DNA of 63,062 nt, filler included. It is 6 parts of 6 records of this genome, joined end to end, with 100 filler letters (N's around TTAATTAATTAA, not from the genome) between each part and the next. Parts side by side here need not be neighbours in the genome. Positions count along the whole stretch, not along the records: positions 1 to 8,046 come from DRR723986_5265; positions 8,147 to 17,075 come from DRR723986_5271; 4 more parts are not named here. One strand, 5' to 3'. The translations under genes and the position numbers were made by a program. This document shows positions 1 to 9,511 of the stretch, piece after piece. Under the pieces are notes generated by a model. The model did not search any database and was not told the origin of the DNA. It was given only the letters and a program-made list of their open reading frames with translations. The stretch's first letter is position 1. Each line of letters starts with the position of its first letter.

Positions 1-813
1 CAACAGCATCTGCACCACCCGAAGATCCGCGCCGTGATTGAGCAGGTGGGTGGCAAAGGCGTGGCGCAGGGTATGTGGCGACAGGGCCGTTCGAATATCA
101 GCCCGGCGCGCGTATATTTTGATGCGATACCAGAAGGTCTGGCGGGTCATCTGCCGCCCCCGTTTGCTGGGAAACACCACATCACTGGGTATGCCCTTGA
201 GCAAGTCACTGCGCGGCCCCGCCAGGTAACGCTGCAACCAGCTCAGTGCCTCCTCGCCCATGGGTACCAGCCGCTCCTTGCTGCCTTTGCCGAAAACCCT
301 GACCACCCCCTGGTTGAGGCTGATCTGCCCCAACTGCAAACTGGTGAGCTCAGTCACCCGCAGCCCGCAGGCATAAAGCAGTTCGAGCATGGTGCGATCA
401 CGAAACTCGATCGCATCGTCGAGCACGGGTGCCCGCAGCAGCTTATCAACATCCTGCTCGGACAGTGATTTGGGCAGCGGGCGACCGAGCTTGGGGCTGT
501 CCACATCCAGGGTAGGGTCGACAGTCAGGCGGCCCTCGCGCAGCAGGAAGCGATAGAAACCGCGGGCGCAGGACATGAACCTTGCCGTCGACCGCTGCGA
601 CTGCCCCTGTTGCAGGCGCAGCCCCAGGTAGGCCTGCAACTGTGAGCGGTCAGCCCGGGTCACCGAGGAGCCTCGATTGGCCACCAGCCAGTCATTGAAC
701 TGCCGCAGGTCGCGACGGTAGGCGGACAGGGTATTGTCGCTCAGGCCCTTCTCCATCCACATTGCGTCGATGTAGCGTTCGATTTCGGGATGCACGTCGG
801 TGGCTGCAGACAT
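1..813 (-). CDS. xerD: Site-specific tyrosine recombinase XerD (C-terminus truncated at window edge)
   Basis: Manual translation: MSAATDVHPEIERYIDAMWMEKGLSDNTLSAYRRDL... ending ...LNHGADLRVVQMLL at position 1. Lies downstream of rplS as in many Gammaproteobacteria. Absent from the ORF track because it has no stop in the window. Confidence 0.95.
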   Translation of the reverse strand, partial: MSAATDVHPEIERYIDAMWMEKGLSDNTLSAYRRDLRQFNDWLVANRGSSVTRADRSQLQAYLGLRLQQGQSQRSTARFMSCARGFYRFLLREGRLTVDPTLDVDSPKLGRPLPKSLSEQDVDKLLRAPVLDDAIEFRDRTMLELLYACGLRVTELTSLQLGQISLNQGVVRVFGKGSKERLVPMGEEALSWLQRYLAGPRSDLLKGIPSDVVFPSKRGRQMTRQTFWYRIKIYARRADIRTALSPHTLRHAFATHLLNHGADLRVVQMLL

Positions 814-896
814 GGCCATAGCGTAGCACGATGCGCCCAGTCGTTGACGCGATTCGCTGCCGCCAGGCCCGGGGTCAGGAACAAGCAGACGGGCAC

Positions 897-922
897 AAAA
901 AAGCGGCCACAGGGGCCGCTTT
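897..922 (-). terminator. Rho-independent terminator of the rpsP-rimM-trmD-rplS operon
   Basis: Minus strand AAAGCGGCC-CCTGT-GGCCGCTTT followed by further Ts, just downstream of the rplS stop. Confidence 0.85.
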
Positions 923-945
923 CGAATGCCTTGGGAAACGTCGTC

Positions 946-1302
946 CTAGTTGGACAGCTTTTCCTTGATACGTGCGGCCTTGCCGGCGCGCTCACGCAGG
1001 TAGTACAGCTTGGCCTGACGCACATCGCCACGACGCTTGACGGTGATGCTTTCCACCAGCGGGCTGTAAGCCTGGAAGGTACGCTCCACACCAACACCGT
1101 GGGAAATCTTGCGGACCGTGAACGCGGAGTTGAGACCGCGGTTGCGACGGCCGAGGACCACACCCTCGAACGCCTGCAAACGCTCGCGGCTACCTTCCTT
1201 TACCTTGACCTGGACCACGACGGTGTCGCCGGGGCCGAACTCCGGCAGTTCCTTGGCCATCTGCTCAGCGTCAAGCTGGGAAATAATTTTGTTGGTGCTC
1301 AT
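946..1302 (-). CDS. rplS: 50S ribosomal protein L19
   Basis: [28 protein letters not shown]...GVGVERTF...[14 protein letters not shown]; start set at MSTNKII. Confidence 0.98.
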   Translation of the reverse strand: MSTNKIISQLDAEQMAKELPEFGPGDTVVVQVKVKEGSRERLQAFEGVVLGRRNRGLNSAFTVRKISHGVGVERTFQAYSPLVESITVKRRGDVRQAKLYYLRERAGKAARIKEKLSN

Positions 1303-1343
1303 GACACGCTCCTGTTTCAACTGACCTAGCTTCACAGCTAGCA

Positions 1344-2090
1344 TTAATGTGATATCCCGTGCTCGCGGCAGTACTCCGCCAGCAAATCCTGTTCCTCGGG
1401 CGACATCGCCCTGCCGGCAAGCAGCTCGGGGCGGCGCTCCAGGGTGCGCCCCAACGCCTGCTTGAGGCGCCAGCGGCGGATCTTCTCGTGATCCCCGCTC
1501 AGTAAAATCTCTGGTACCCGTCGACCTTCGAAATCCTCAGGCCGCGTATAGTGCGGGCAATCCAGCAAGCCATCGGCATAAGAATCTTCCACCGCCGATA
1601 ACTCATGCCCGAGCACTCCGGGCAACTGGCGCGTCACCGCGTCGATGACCACCATAGCGGCCAGCTCACCGCCGCTTAACACGTAATCCCCGATAGACAG
1701 TTCTTCGTCTATCTCCGCCTCGATCAGGCGTTCATCCACACCTTCGTAGCGGCCTGCAACCAGCACCAGGCTGTCCAGTTGCGCCAGTTCGACCACTTTG
1801 TTGTGGTCCAGCTGCGCTCCCTGTGGTGACAGGTAAATCACCCGGGGCTGCGTTCCGGCATCTGCGCGGGCCGCCTTAATGGCCTGCTGCAGCGGGTCGA
1901 CCTTCATCAACATCCCGGGGCCGCCGCCATAGGGCCGGTCGTCCACCGTGCGATGGCGGTCGGCGGTGAAGTCTCGCGGATTGATGTGGCTGACTTCAAG
2001 CACGCCATCATCGACCGCGCGACCGGTAATGCCGTAATCGGTTACCGCCGCAAACGCCTCCGGGAACAGGCTGACAATCGCAATATGCAC
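1344..2090 (-). CDS. trmD: tRNA (guanine37-N1)-methyltransferase
   Basis: [38 protein letters not shown] motifs. Confidence 0.98.
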   Translation of the reverse strand: MHIAIVSLFPEAFAAVTDYGITGRAVDDGVLEVSHINPRDFTADRHRTVDDRPYGGGPGMLMKVDPLQQAIKAARADAGTQPRVIYLSPQGAQLDHNKVVELAQLDSLVLVAGRYEGVDERLIEAEIDEELSIGDYVLSGGELAAMVVIDAVTRQLPGVLGHELSAVEDSYADGLLDCPHYTRPEDFEGRRVPEILLSGDHEKIRRWRLKQALGRTLERRPELLAGRAMSPEEQDLLAEYCREHGISH

Positions 2091-2121
2091 GCAGCGGCCC
2101 CCGGATGCCTTGCTCGATTCC

Positions 2122-2664
2122 CTATTCGTCCGGGAACCAGTCCACTTCCATTACGCCGGCTGCCACATCGATCACCTGCACCACGGTATCGGGCAGGTAA
2201 GGTATCAGCCGCTCACGTTCGTCGATACTGCCCTCACAGGGCTGTACCACCAACACGTCGTTCGCTCCGGTATCGATCAGGTGGTCTACCACCCCCAACA
2301 ACACCTTGCCGTCGCCGTCCCGACACCAGACCCGCAAACCCTGCAGCTGGTGCCAGTAAAAATCTCCCTCTTCCAGTGTCGGCAACAAGCCTGCCTTCAC
2401 TGCGACTTCCAGCCCCCTGAAAGCCTCTGCCGCGTTGCGATCGTCCACACCCTTGATGTGGGCTACGAGGCCTTTGCCGTGCACCCGGCCCTCGTCGAAG
2501 ACGATCGGCTCAGGGCCCTCGCGTCGCTGCAGTATCCACTCACCGAACTCGAGGAAGTTCTCCATCGGTTCGGTGTAGGCGTGGATCTTCACCCATCCCT
2601 TGATCCCGAAGCAGCCCGTAATCCTGCCGGCTACCAGGAACCCGGGTGTACCGGGTGTGCTCAT
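2122..2664 (-). CDS. rimM: Ribosome maturation factor RimM
   Basis: [41 protein letters not shown]; position between rpsP and trmD. Confidence 0.97.
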   Translation of the reverse strand: MSTPGTPGFLVAGRITGCFGIKGWVKIHAYTEPMENFLEFGEWILQRREGPEPIVFDEGRVHGKGLVAHIKGVDDRNAAEAFRGLEVAVKAGLLPTLEEGDFYWHQLQGLRVWCRDGDGKVLLGVVDHLIDTGANDVLVVQPCEGSIDERERLIPYLPDTVVQVIDVAAGVMEVDWFPDE

Positions 2665-2679
2665 CGATCCGTCACCGGA

Positions 2680-2925
2680 TCAGGCCGCAGCGGCGTCCTT
2701 GATCAGCTTGGCAACGCGCTGGGACAGCTGGGCGCCCTGGCCCTGCCAATATTCGATGCGATCGGTGTCGATGCGCAGGCGCTCTTCATTGCCACGGGCG
2801 ATCGGGTTGAAGAAACCGACCCGCTCAATGAAGCGGCCGTCGCGTGCATTGCGGCTGTCAGTCACCGTCAGGTGATAGAAAGGGCGCTTCTTGGCACCAC
2901 CGCGAGAAAGACGAATTGTCACCAT
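2680..2925 (-). CDS. rpsP: 30S ribosomal protein S16
   Basis: [18 protein letters not shown]...[19 protein letters not shown]. Confidence 0.98.
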   Translation of the reverse strand: MVTIRLSRGGAKKRPFYHLTVTDSRNARDGRFIERVGFFNPIARGNEERLRIDTDRIEYWQGQGAQLSQRVAKLIKDAAAA

Positions 2926-3121
2926 TTTCCGTAAATTCCTAAAAAGTTGCTCGGAAATTCGGCGAACTCGCCTACTAATCCACGACAAAAACCGGCACAC
3001 AGGCCGGAAAGGTCGCGTATCATACGGAAATTGCCGGCGATTTGAAACCCCGGCAAAGCAAAAAATTTCAGTGAATTCCGTACCTTAGAACGCCACCTTG
3101 AGCAGCGTTGCCCAGCGGGCG

Positions 3122-4510
3122 CTAGCGGAACGGCGGCATCCCGCCAGGCCCGCCCATACCACCACCCGGTGGCATCATGCCGCCGAGCCCACGCATCATG
3201 TTCTGCAGGCCGCCGCCCTTCATTTTTTTCATCATTTTTTGCATCTGCTTGTGCTGCTTCAGCAGGCGGTTCAGGTCCTGCACCTGGGTGCCGGAGCCCT
3301 GGGTAATGCGGCGCTTGCGCGAACCCTGGATCAGTTCCGGGTTGCGCCGCTCCCGCGGGGTCATGGAATTGATCATCGCCTCCATTCGGGCGAACAGCTT
3401 GAGGTCCATGTTCTGCTGGGCCATCTGGGACAAGTTGCCCATGCCGGGAAGCTTGTCCAGCATATTGGTGATGCCGCCCATGGAATTCATCTGCTGCAGC
3501 TGGTCGCGGAAATCCTCGAGATCGAATTTCTGGCCCTTGCGAACCTTGCGCGCCAGGCGCTCGGCCTTCTGCCGGTCGACCTTCTGCTCCACCTCCTCGA
3601 TCAGCGACATGACATCGCCCATGCCGAGGATGCGTGAGGCCAGGCGATCCGGATGGAACGGGTCCAGCGCTGCCGTCCGCTCTCCGACCCCGAGGAACTT
3701 GATCGGCTTGCCGGTGATGGTTCTCACTGACAGGGCGGCGCCGCCGCGGGTGTCCGCGTCCACCTTGGTCAGGATCACGCCGGTCAGCGGCAGGGCTTCG
3801 CCAAAGGCCTTGGCGGTATTTGCCGCATCCTGACCGGTCATTGCATCGACCACGAACAGCGTCTCCACCGGCTTGATCGCGCGGTGCAGATCCGCAATCT
3901 CGGCCATCATCGCTTCATCAATCGCCAGCCGGCCCGCGGTATCCACAATCAGCACGTCGCTGAACTTGATCCGCGCATGCTCGAGGGCGGCCAGGGCGAT
4001 ATCCACCGGCTTCTGGTCGGCGCTACTGGGAAAGAAATCCGCGCCGACTTCAGCCGCCAGGGTTTCCAGCTGCTTGATCGCCGCAGGCCGATAGACATCG
4101 GCACTGACCACGGTTACCGACTTCTTGTCGCGCTCCTTCAGCAGCCGCGCCAGCTTGGCGACCGAGGTTGTCTTACCCGCACCCTGCAGGCCCGCCATCA
4201 TGATGACCGCCGGCGGCTGGGTAGTCAGGTCCAGGGTCTCGTTGGCACTGCCCATGACCGCCTCGAGCTCGGCCTGCACGATCTTGAGGAACGCCTGGCC
4301 CGGGCTGAGGCTACTCATCACCTCCTGGCCCATTGCACGCTGCTTTACCGCATCGACGAACTGCTTCACCACCGGCAGGGCGACATCGGCCTCCAGCAAG
4401 GCCATGCGTACTTCCCGCAGGGTTTCCTGGATATTGTCCTCGGTCAGCCGGGCCTTGCCGCTGATGCTGCGCAGGCTGCTGGACAGGCGATCACTCAAAC
4501 TCTGGAACAT
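3122..4510 (-). CDS. ffh: Signal recognition particle protein Ffh
   Basis: GLQGAGKTT, DTAGRL, TKVDAD..GGAALS GTPase motifs; Met-rich M domain. Confidence 0.98.
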   Translation of the reverse strand: MFQSLSDRLSSSLRSISGKARLTEDNIQETLREVRMALLEADVALPVVKQFVDAVKQRAMGQEVMSSLSPGQAFLKIVQAELEAVMGSANETLDLTTQPPAVIMMAGLQGAGKTTSVAKLARLLKERDKKSVTVVSADVYRPAAIKQLETLAAEVGADFFPSSADQKPVDIALAALEHARIKFSDVLIVDTAGRLAIDEAMMAEIADLHRAIKPVETLFVVDAMTGQDAANTAKAFGEALPLTGVILTKVDADTRGGAALSVRTITGKPIKFLGVGERTAALDPFHPDRLASRILGMGDVMSLIEEVEQKVDRQKAERLARKVRKGQKFDLEDFRDQLQQMNSMGGITNMLDKLPGMGNLSQMAQQNMDLKLFARMEAMINSMTPRERRNPELIQGSRKRRITQGSGTQVQDLNRLLKQHKQMQKMMKKMKGGGLQNMMRGLGGMMPPGGGMGGPGGMPPFR

Positions 4511-4609
4511 GGGGCAACTCTCGGTAGCTATGCAACGCTATTGATTATGCGGGGGCAAATCGGTACAAAGGTCGCAAGTATACGTCACCGGGGCGCTGCT
4601 CCCAAACCT

Positions 4610-5413
4610 ATGTCTGCCGCCTTCATCGCTGTCGCCTGCGCGCTGCTCTACCTGGCGGCTAGCGGTGTGCAACTACTTCACCTGACCCAGAAGCGCCTGC
4701 GGATTGCCCGCAGCGTCATGGCCCTGGGCCTCATTGCCCTGCTCTGCCACGCGATTGTGGTCTGGCAAAGCATCTTTGCAGACGGGGGCATCAACCTGGG
4801 TTTCTACAAGATTTCCGCGCTGATCTTCCTGGTCATCAACCTGGCCTGTATTGCAGCGCTGGCGCGCAGACCGCTGCAGAACCTGCTGATTGTGATGTTT
4901 CCTGTGTCAGCAGTTGCGGTCCTGGTGTCGACCTTCGGCCCCAACACGACGCTGCCGGAAAATGAACTGGGTGGCGGCCTGACGCTCCATATCGGCGCCT
5001 CCATCCTCGCCTATGCGGTACTTTCGCTGGCGGCAATCCAGGCGGCCGTGGTCGCCCTGCAGGACTACCAGCTGCGCCACCGCCACACCCGCGGCATCAT
5101 CCAGATGCTGCCGCCGCTGCAACTGATGGAGTCCATGCTGTTCGAATTGCTGTGGATCGGCGTCATCATGCTGACCGTGTCCATCGCCAGCGGCATGATC
5201 TTCATGGACGATATGTTCGCCCAGGCATTGGTCCACAAGACCGTTTTGACCATCATGGCCTGGATATTGTTCTCCGTGTTGCTCTGGGGGCATTACCAGC
5301 TCGGCTGGCGCAGTCAGATCGCAGTACGGATGACCCTCGCAGGCTTTGTCATCCTGATGCTCGCCTTCTTTGGCTCCAAACTGGTGCTCGAACTGGTCCT
5401 GCACCGGCCCTGA
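4610..5413 (+). CDS. ypjD: Cytochrome c assembly family inner-membrane protein (YpjD/CcsA-like)
   Basis: Multi-TM; HIGASILAY, LPPLQLME, HKTVL..GWR motifs; divergent from ffh as in Gammaproteobacteria; start set at MSAAF. Confidence 0.88.
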   Translation: MSAAFIAVACALLYLAASGVQLLHLTQKRLRIARSVMALGLIALLCHAIVVWQSIFADGGINLGFYKISALIFLVINLACIAALARRPLQNLLIVMFPVSAVAVLVSTFGPNTTLPENELGGGLTLHIGASILAYAVLSLAAIQAAVVALQDYQLRHRHTRGIIQMLPPLQLMESMLFELLWIGVIMLTVSIASGMIFMDDMFAQALVHKTVLTIMAWILFSVLLWGHYQLGWRSQIAVRMTLAGFVILMLAFFGSKLVLELVLHRP

Positions 5414-5505
5414 TCTGATCGAACAAGGGCCGCGCCAGGGCTTGTGCATCCACGCCTTTTTCTTCACCATAACGCCTCGATAACCATCAAAGGCTTACAC
5501 CTGTC

Positions 5506-6771
5506 TTGAATGAGGCACCGCTGGGTCTCCTATTCGCGGTTCTGGCAGCACTAATTCTCGTGTCCGGATTCTTCTCCAGCTCGGAGACCGGCATGATGTC
5601 TCTAAACCGCTATCGCCTGAAACATCTTCGCAAGCAGGGACACCGCGGTGCGCGGCGTGCCAGCAAGCTGCTGGAACGCCCGGACCGTCTGATCGGCCTG
5701 ATCTTGATCGGCAATAACCTGGTAAACATCGCTGCGTCGGCCATTGCCACGGTCATCGCCATTCGCCTGTACGGCGATGCCGGCATTGTCATCGCCACGA
5801 TTCTGCTGACCCTGGTCATCCTGATTTTCGCGGAGATCACCCCGAAAACCATTGCTGCACTGCATCCCGAGGGCGTTGCCTTCCCGGCCAGCCTGCTGCT
5901 GCTGCCGCTGATGAAATTGATGTACCCGTTCGTGCTCGGAGTAAACAGCATCACCAATGTATTCCTGCGCATGCTCGGCATTGACCCCCAGAGCCGCTCC
6001 AGCGAGCACGTGTCCAGCGATGAATTGCGCACCATTGTGACCGAGGCGGGCGCCCTGATACCCAAGCGCCATCGCGGCATGCTGGTCAACATCCTCGACC
6101 TGGAGGAAGTGACCGTGGACGACATCATGGTGCCGCGTAACGAGGTTTACGGCATCGATCTCGATGACAGCGACGAGGAAATCATGCGCTGCGTGCAGAA
6201 CAGCACGCATACCCTGCTGCCGGTCTGGCGCGACGACGTCAACAACCTCGTCGGCATCCTGCACATGCGTAATATCAGCCGGGTGCTCGACCAGAATGGC
6301 CTCGACCGCGCCGCCCTGGAGCGGGAGATGGATGCGCCCTACTTCATCCCTGAAAGCACACCGCTGCATACCCAGCTACTGAATTTCCAGAAGAAGAAGT
6401 GCCGCCTGGCGGTGGTTGTCGATGAGTATGGCGAGGTTATGGGCCTGGTTGCGGTGGCGGATATCCTCGAGGAGATCGTCGGGGAATTCACCTCCAGCCT
6501 GTCCGAGAGCGGCGAGAACATTTTCCCCCAGCGGGACGGCAGCTACATCATCAACGGCACGGAAACCATCCGCGATATCAACAAGAACCTCGACTGGTCG
6601 CTGCCGACGGACGGGCCCAAAACACTCAGCGGACTGATCCTGGAATACCTCGAGTCATTTCCCGATGCCAACGCCGGCCTGTCGATTGCGGGCTATCGCC
6701 TGGAGATCCTCGAACTGGAAGGTAATGTGGTGCGCGCGGTGAGGGCCCGGCACAGCGAGACCGGTCACTAA
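5506..6771 (+). CDS. HlyC/CorC (CNNM) family transporter, YfjD-like
   Basis: SGFFSSSETG N-terminus, EITPKT, CBS pair (VVDEYGEV..DILEEIVGE), CorC_HlyC C-terminus. Confidence 0.93.
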   Translation: MNEAPLGLLFAVLAALILVSGFFSSSETGMMSLNRYRLKHLRKQGHRGARRASKLLERPDRLIGLILIGNNLVNIAASAIATVIAIRLYGDAGIVIATILLTLVILIFAEITPKTIAALHPEGVAFPASLLLLPLMKLMYPFVLGVNSITNVFLRMLGIDPQSRSSEHVSSDELRTIVTEAGALIPKRHRGMLVNILDLEEVTVDDIMVPRNEVYGIDLDDSDEEIMRCVQNSTHTLLPVWRDDVNNLVGILHMRNISRVLDQNGLDRAALEREMDAPYFIPESTPLHTQLLNFQKKKCRLAVVVDEYGEVMGLVAVADILEEIVGEFTSSLSESGENIFPQRDGSYIINGTETIRDINKNLDWSLPTDGPKTLSGLILEYLESFPDANAGLSIAGYRLEILELEGNVVRAVRARHSETGH

Positions 6772-6777
6772 TCACTA

Positions 6778-6969
6778 TCAGCTCAGGCGAATGGGGTTCG
6801 CCTCAAGCATACGCTCGCGAGCACGCGCCAGGATCCCCTCTTTCTCGCTATCACTGGCCATGAACCACTCGGTAATCTCGTCGGCAGTACGATAGCAGCC
6901 CATGCAAACATCGTCTGGATCCAGCGCGCAGACGGAAATACAGGGGCTGGCTGGCGATTCCTTGCTCAC
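6778..6969 (-). CDS. DUF1289 family small Cys-rich protein
   Basis: SPCISVC...CMGCYRT..EI..W motif. Confidence 0.88.
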   Translation of the reverse strand: MSKESPASPCISVCALDPDDVCMGCYRTADEITEWFMASDSEKEGILARARERMLEANPIRLS

Positions 6970-7490
6970 TCCTGCACTTCCAGCAGCTCGTTGTAACGGC
7001 CGGCATTACCCACGTAGTGATCCGCGTTATGCATCAGGGCCAGTTGCTGCTCCTCACTGAGGGTGGTCTTCACCCGCGCCGGGGAACCCAGCACCAGGCT
7101 GCCATCGGGGATCTGCATCCCCTCGGTAACCAGCGCATTGGCACCGATGAGACAGCCGCGACCGACTTTTGCCCCATTGAGCACGACCGCATTGATGCCA
7201 ACCAGGCTGCCGTCGCCGATGGTGCAGCCGTGAAGCATGGCGTTATGCCCCACCGTCACATTGCGACCGATAAGCAGGGGGAAACCGGGATCGGCATGGA
7301 GAACGGTGCCGTCCTGGATGTTGCTGCCCGCACCAACCTCCAGGCGCTCCGCATCACCGCGCAAGACGCAGCTGAACCAGACGCTACTGTTCTCGTGCAG
7401 GATAACGTCGCCGATGACGGCGGCATTGGGGGCGATGAAATGGCCACCGCCTTCCAGCCTGACGCGCTTGTCTCCGAGGCTGTAGATCAT
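6966..7490 (-). CDS. Gamma carbonic anhydrase family protein (YrdA/PaaY-like)
   Basis: [24 protein letters not shown] hexapeptide repeats. Confidence 0.93.
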   Translation of the reverse strand: MIYSLGDKRVRLEGGGHFIAPNAAVIGDVILHENSSVWFSCVLRGDAERLEVGAGSNIQDGTVLHADPGFPLLIGRNVTVGHNAMLHGCTIGDGSLVGINAVVLNGAKVGRGCLIGANALVTEGMQIPDGSLVLGSPARVKTTLSEEQQLALMHNADHYVGNAGRYNELLEVQE

Positions 7491-8046
7491 GGAGTTGTCT
7501 CCCAGTTGCGTTGTAAATCAAGTCCGGCATCGTAAGCGGCATTGGCCAGCTGTGCCAGTATCGCGGCTGTCACCCCCCAGACCGTGTCGTCCTCCAGGTC
7601 ATAATGGGGGACCATGCGCGTGCGCTGCCCGTCATGCATCGGCTCTACCCGGAACAGCGCCGGATCAGCAAACAGCGCCAGTGGCGGGAGAAACACACTG
7701 TCGAACTCGCGCGCATCCACAACCATCCTGGTACCAGCGGGTATCCTGGCGATGCAGGGGTGAACCTCGAATCCGGTGCGGGTCAGCAGCGGTGCCAACT
7801 CACCCAGTGGATACACCAACTCGCTGGCGATACCGACCTCTTCCATTGCTTCACGCTGCGCCGTCTCCCAGGGAGACGCGTCCGCCGGTTCACGCTTGCC
7901 GCCGGGAAAGGCCACCTCACCCGGGTGCAGGGGCAGATGAAGGGAACGGCGACCCAGGATAACCCGCGGCTGGTGCTCGTCGGTAACGGCAACCAGCACT
8001 GCCGCCTGCGGCGCGGCGGAATCGCCCCAGGCCGGCCGCGTCAGGG
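7487..8046 (-). CDS. CoA pyrophosphatase, Nudix family (N-terminus truncated)
   Basis: [13 protein letters not shown]...[10 protein letters not shown] Nudix box; VWGVTA; frame open to contig end. Confidence 0.9.
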
Positions 8047-8146
8047 NNNNNNNNNNNNNNNNNNNNNNNNNNNNNNNNNNNNNNNNNNNNTTAATTAATT
8101 AANNNNNNNNNNNNNNNNNNNNNNNNNNNNNNNNNNNNNNNNNNNN
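8047..8146. other. Artificial contig spacer (N-run with TTAATTAATTAA)
   Basis: 100-bp N block with an all-frame stop linker; gene content is discontinuous across it. Confidence 0.99.
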
Positions 8147-8527
8147 GCCCTGGGTCGGATCGTGATTTTCCCAGAACACTTTCAACAGCCCTTCAAAGCT
8201 GATGCGCTTGGGGTCATAGACCACGCGCACCACCTCGTTATGGCCGGTGCGAGCTGTGCAAACCTCTTCATAGGTGGCATTGGGCGTATGCCCGCCCGCA
8301 TAGCCCACCATGGTCAGCCAGACCCCGTCCAGTCCCCAGAACATCCGCTCGACACCCCAGAAACATCCCATGCCAAACATCGCAACGTCCATCCCGTCGG
8401 GCACCTCTGCCGTCAGCGGGCGGCCGGACAGGAAATGAGTCTCAGCGGTCGGGATCGCGGTTGCGCGTCCCGGCAAGGCCTCGGCGGCCGTGACCATTTC
8501 CATCTTTTTCGTTCTGAAACCGAACAT
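8147..8527 (-). CDS. msrA: Peptide methionine sulfoxide reductase MsrA (C-terminus truncated)
   Basis: GMGCFWGVE active site; [29 protein letters not shown]. Confidence 0.97.
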
Positions 8528-8783
8528 CGCGCATCTCCCTTTCGCTTATATCACCATGCATCCGTCCATAGATGGGGCGCAAGCCGCCTTGCGACCAGAT
8601 GAGCTTCACGCACCAACGCTCACGACTGCGCGATCCTTTGGCGGGTGTCAGGGGTATTCCGTGTTTCTCTCAGGAAAGCGACGATGAGACGGGGCAGTCC
8701 TTACTCAATCGAATGCCTCTCATCCGCACCGATGACACCAGACGGTCGTCAGCAGCGGAAAAGAGACATTCGATGATGGTTGA

Positions 8784-9464
8784 TCAGTACTCGGTAATCC
8801 GAAGCGTCGCGGGCGGGAAGATGCCTGCGCCTCCAAAGGTTCCGACCCAGATGTCATACTGCCCGCTGGACGGAGGCGAGAAGGTGATGTTCGGATTGAG
8901 GCCATCGCTGTCGTCGTTGCAATGCCATGCGCCGCTCGGATCGTTGATCACAAGGGTCGTGTCCTCAAGAGACGCGACCTGGATCGAAATCCTCGGGTTG
9001 GTTCCGGCTGTGAAATTCAGGCGGAAATCCGGTGCTTCGGCAATCCAGCCAGCATAGCATCCCGCCAGCACACCGTCCGACGCAATGGTGCCGCCCGCGT
9101 AGACACCCACCTCGTAGGGATCGGGCATGAACCCGGCCGCGAGGTCAACAGACCCGTAGGTGGGCGGCAGGGCATAGTTGGGCGTGGTCCCCGCGGGCGA
9201 TGCGGAAACCGTGCCGGAGACGTCAATGCTTTCCGGGCAGCTGTTCCCGTCTGACCATTCTCCCGCGCCCAGAACATAGACCCAGGGACCGCCACCGCCG
9301 CCGCGCGTGTTCTGTACCGATTGAAAGAGCGGTGCATTCAAGTAGTTCCCACTATCCGCCCCGGCGCTTTGGCCTTGATCGTTGTACCAGCAGGTCAGTT
9401 CGCCATCGGCAAAGGCTGCCGTTGCTGTCGCGGCCAGTGCAAATGATAAAAGTAGCGTTTTCAT
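8784..9464 (-). CDS. Secreted protein with C-terminal PPC-like beta-sandwich domain
   Basis: Signal peptide MKTLLLSFALAATATAAFA; C-terminal GFMPDP...APDFRL...DTTLVINDPSGAWHCNDD...GQYDIWVG pattern; no protease catalytic triad visible. Confidence 0.7.
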   Translation of the reverse strand: MKTLLLSFALAATATAAFADGELTCWYNDQGQSAGADSGNYLNAPLFQSVQNTRGGGGGPWVYVLGAGEWSDGNSCPESIDVSGTVSASPAGTTPNYALPPTYGSVDLAAGFMPDPYEVGVYAGGTIASDGVLAGCYAGWIAEAPDFRLNFTAGTNPRISIQVASLEDTTLVINDPSGAWHCNDDSDGLNPNITFSPPSSGQYDIWVGTFGGAGIFPPATLRITEY

Positions 9465-9511
9465 CCTTGGAATTCCTTGATGTTGAAGATGTCTGCGACC
9501 CGTCAGCGGCA

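Noticed and set aside
1-813. Tyrosine recombinase as a sign of a prophage or integron
   Set aside because: Sequence and position after rplS match housekeeping XerD; no att sites or cargo seen.
3884-4609. 509-aa ORF extending ypjD upstream across ffh
   Set aside because: The extension is antisense to ffh; the membrane protein plausibly starts at ATG 4610.
8091-8102. TTAATTAATTAA repeated five times in the window
   Set aside because: Always centred in 100-bp N blocks. It is an artificial linker, not a biological repeat, CRISPR repeat or CtrA site.
8600-8780. Possible decayed gene remnant upstream of msrA (fragments reading like TLTT and GV-GVF)
   Set aside because: Only a few residues of resemblance to a PrmA-like N-terminus. 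Cannot be supported without a tblastn/blastx search.
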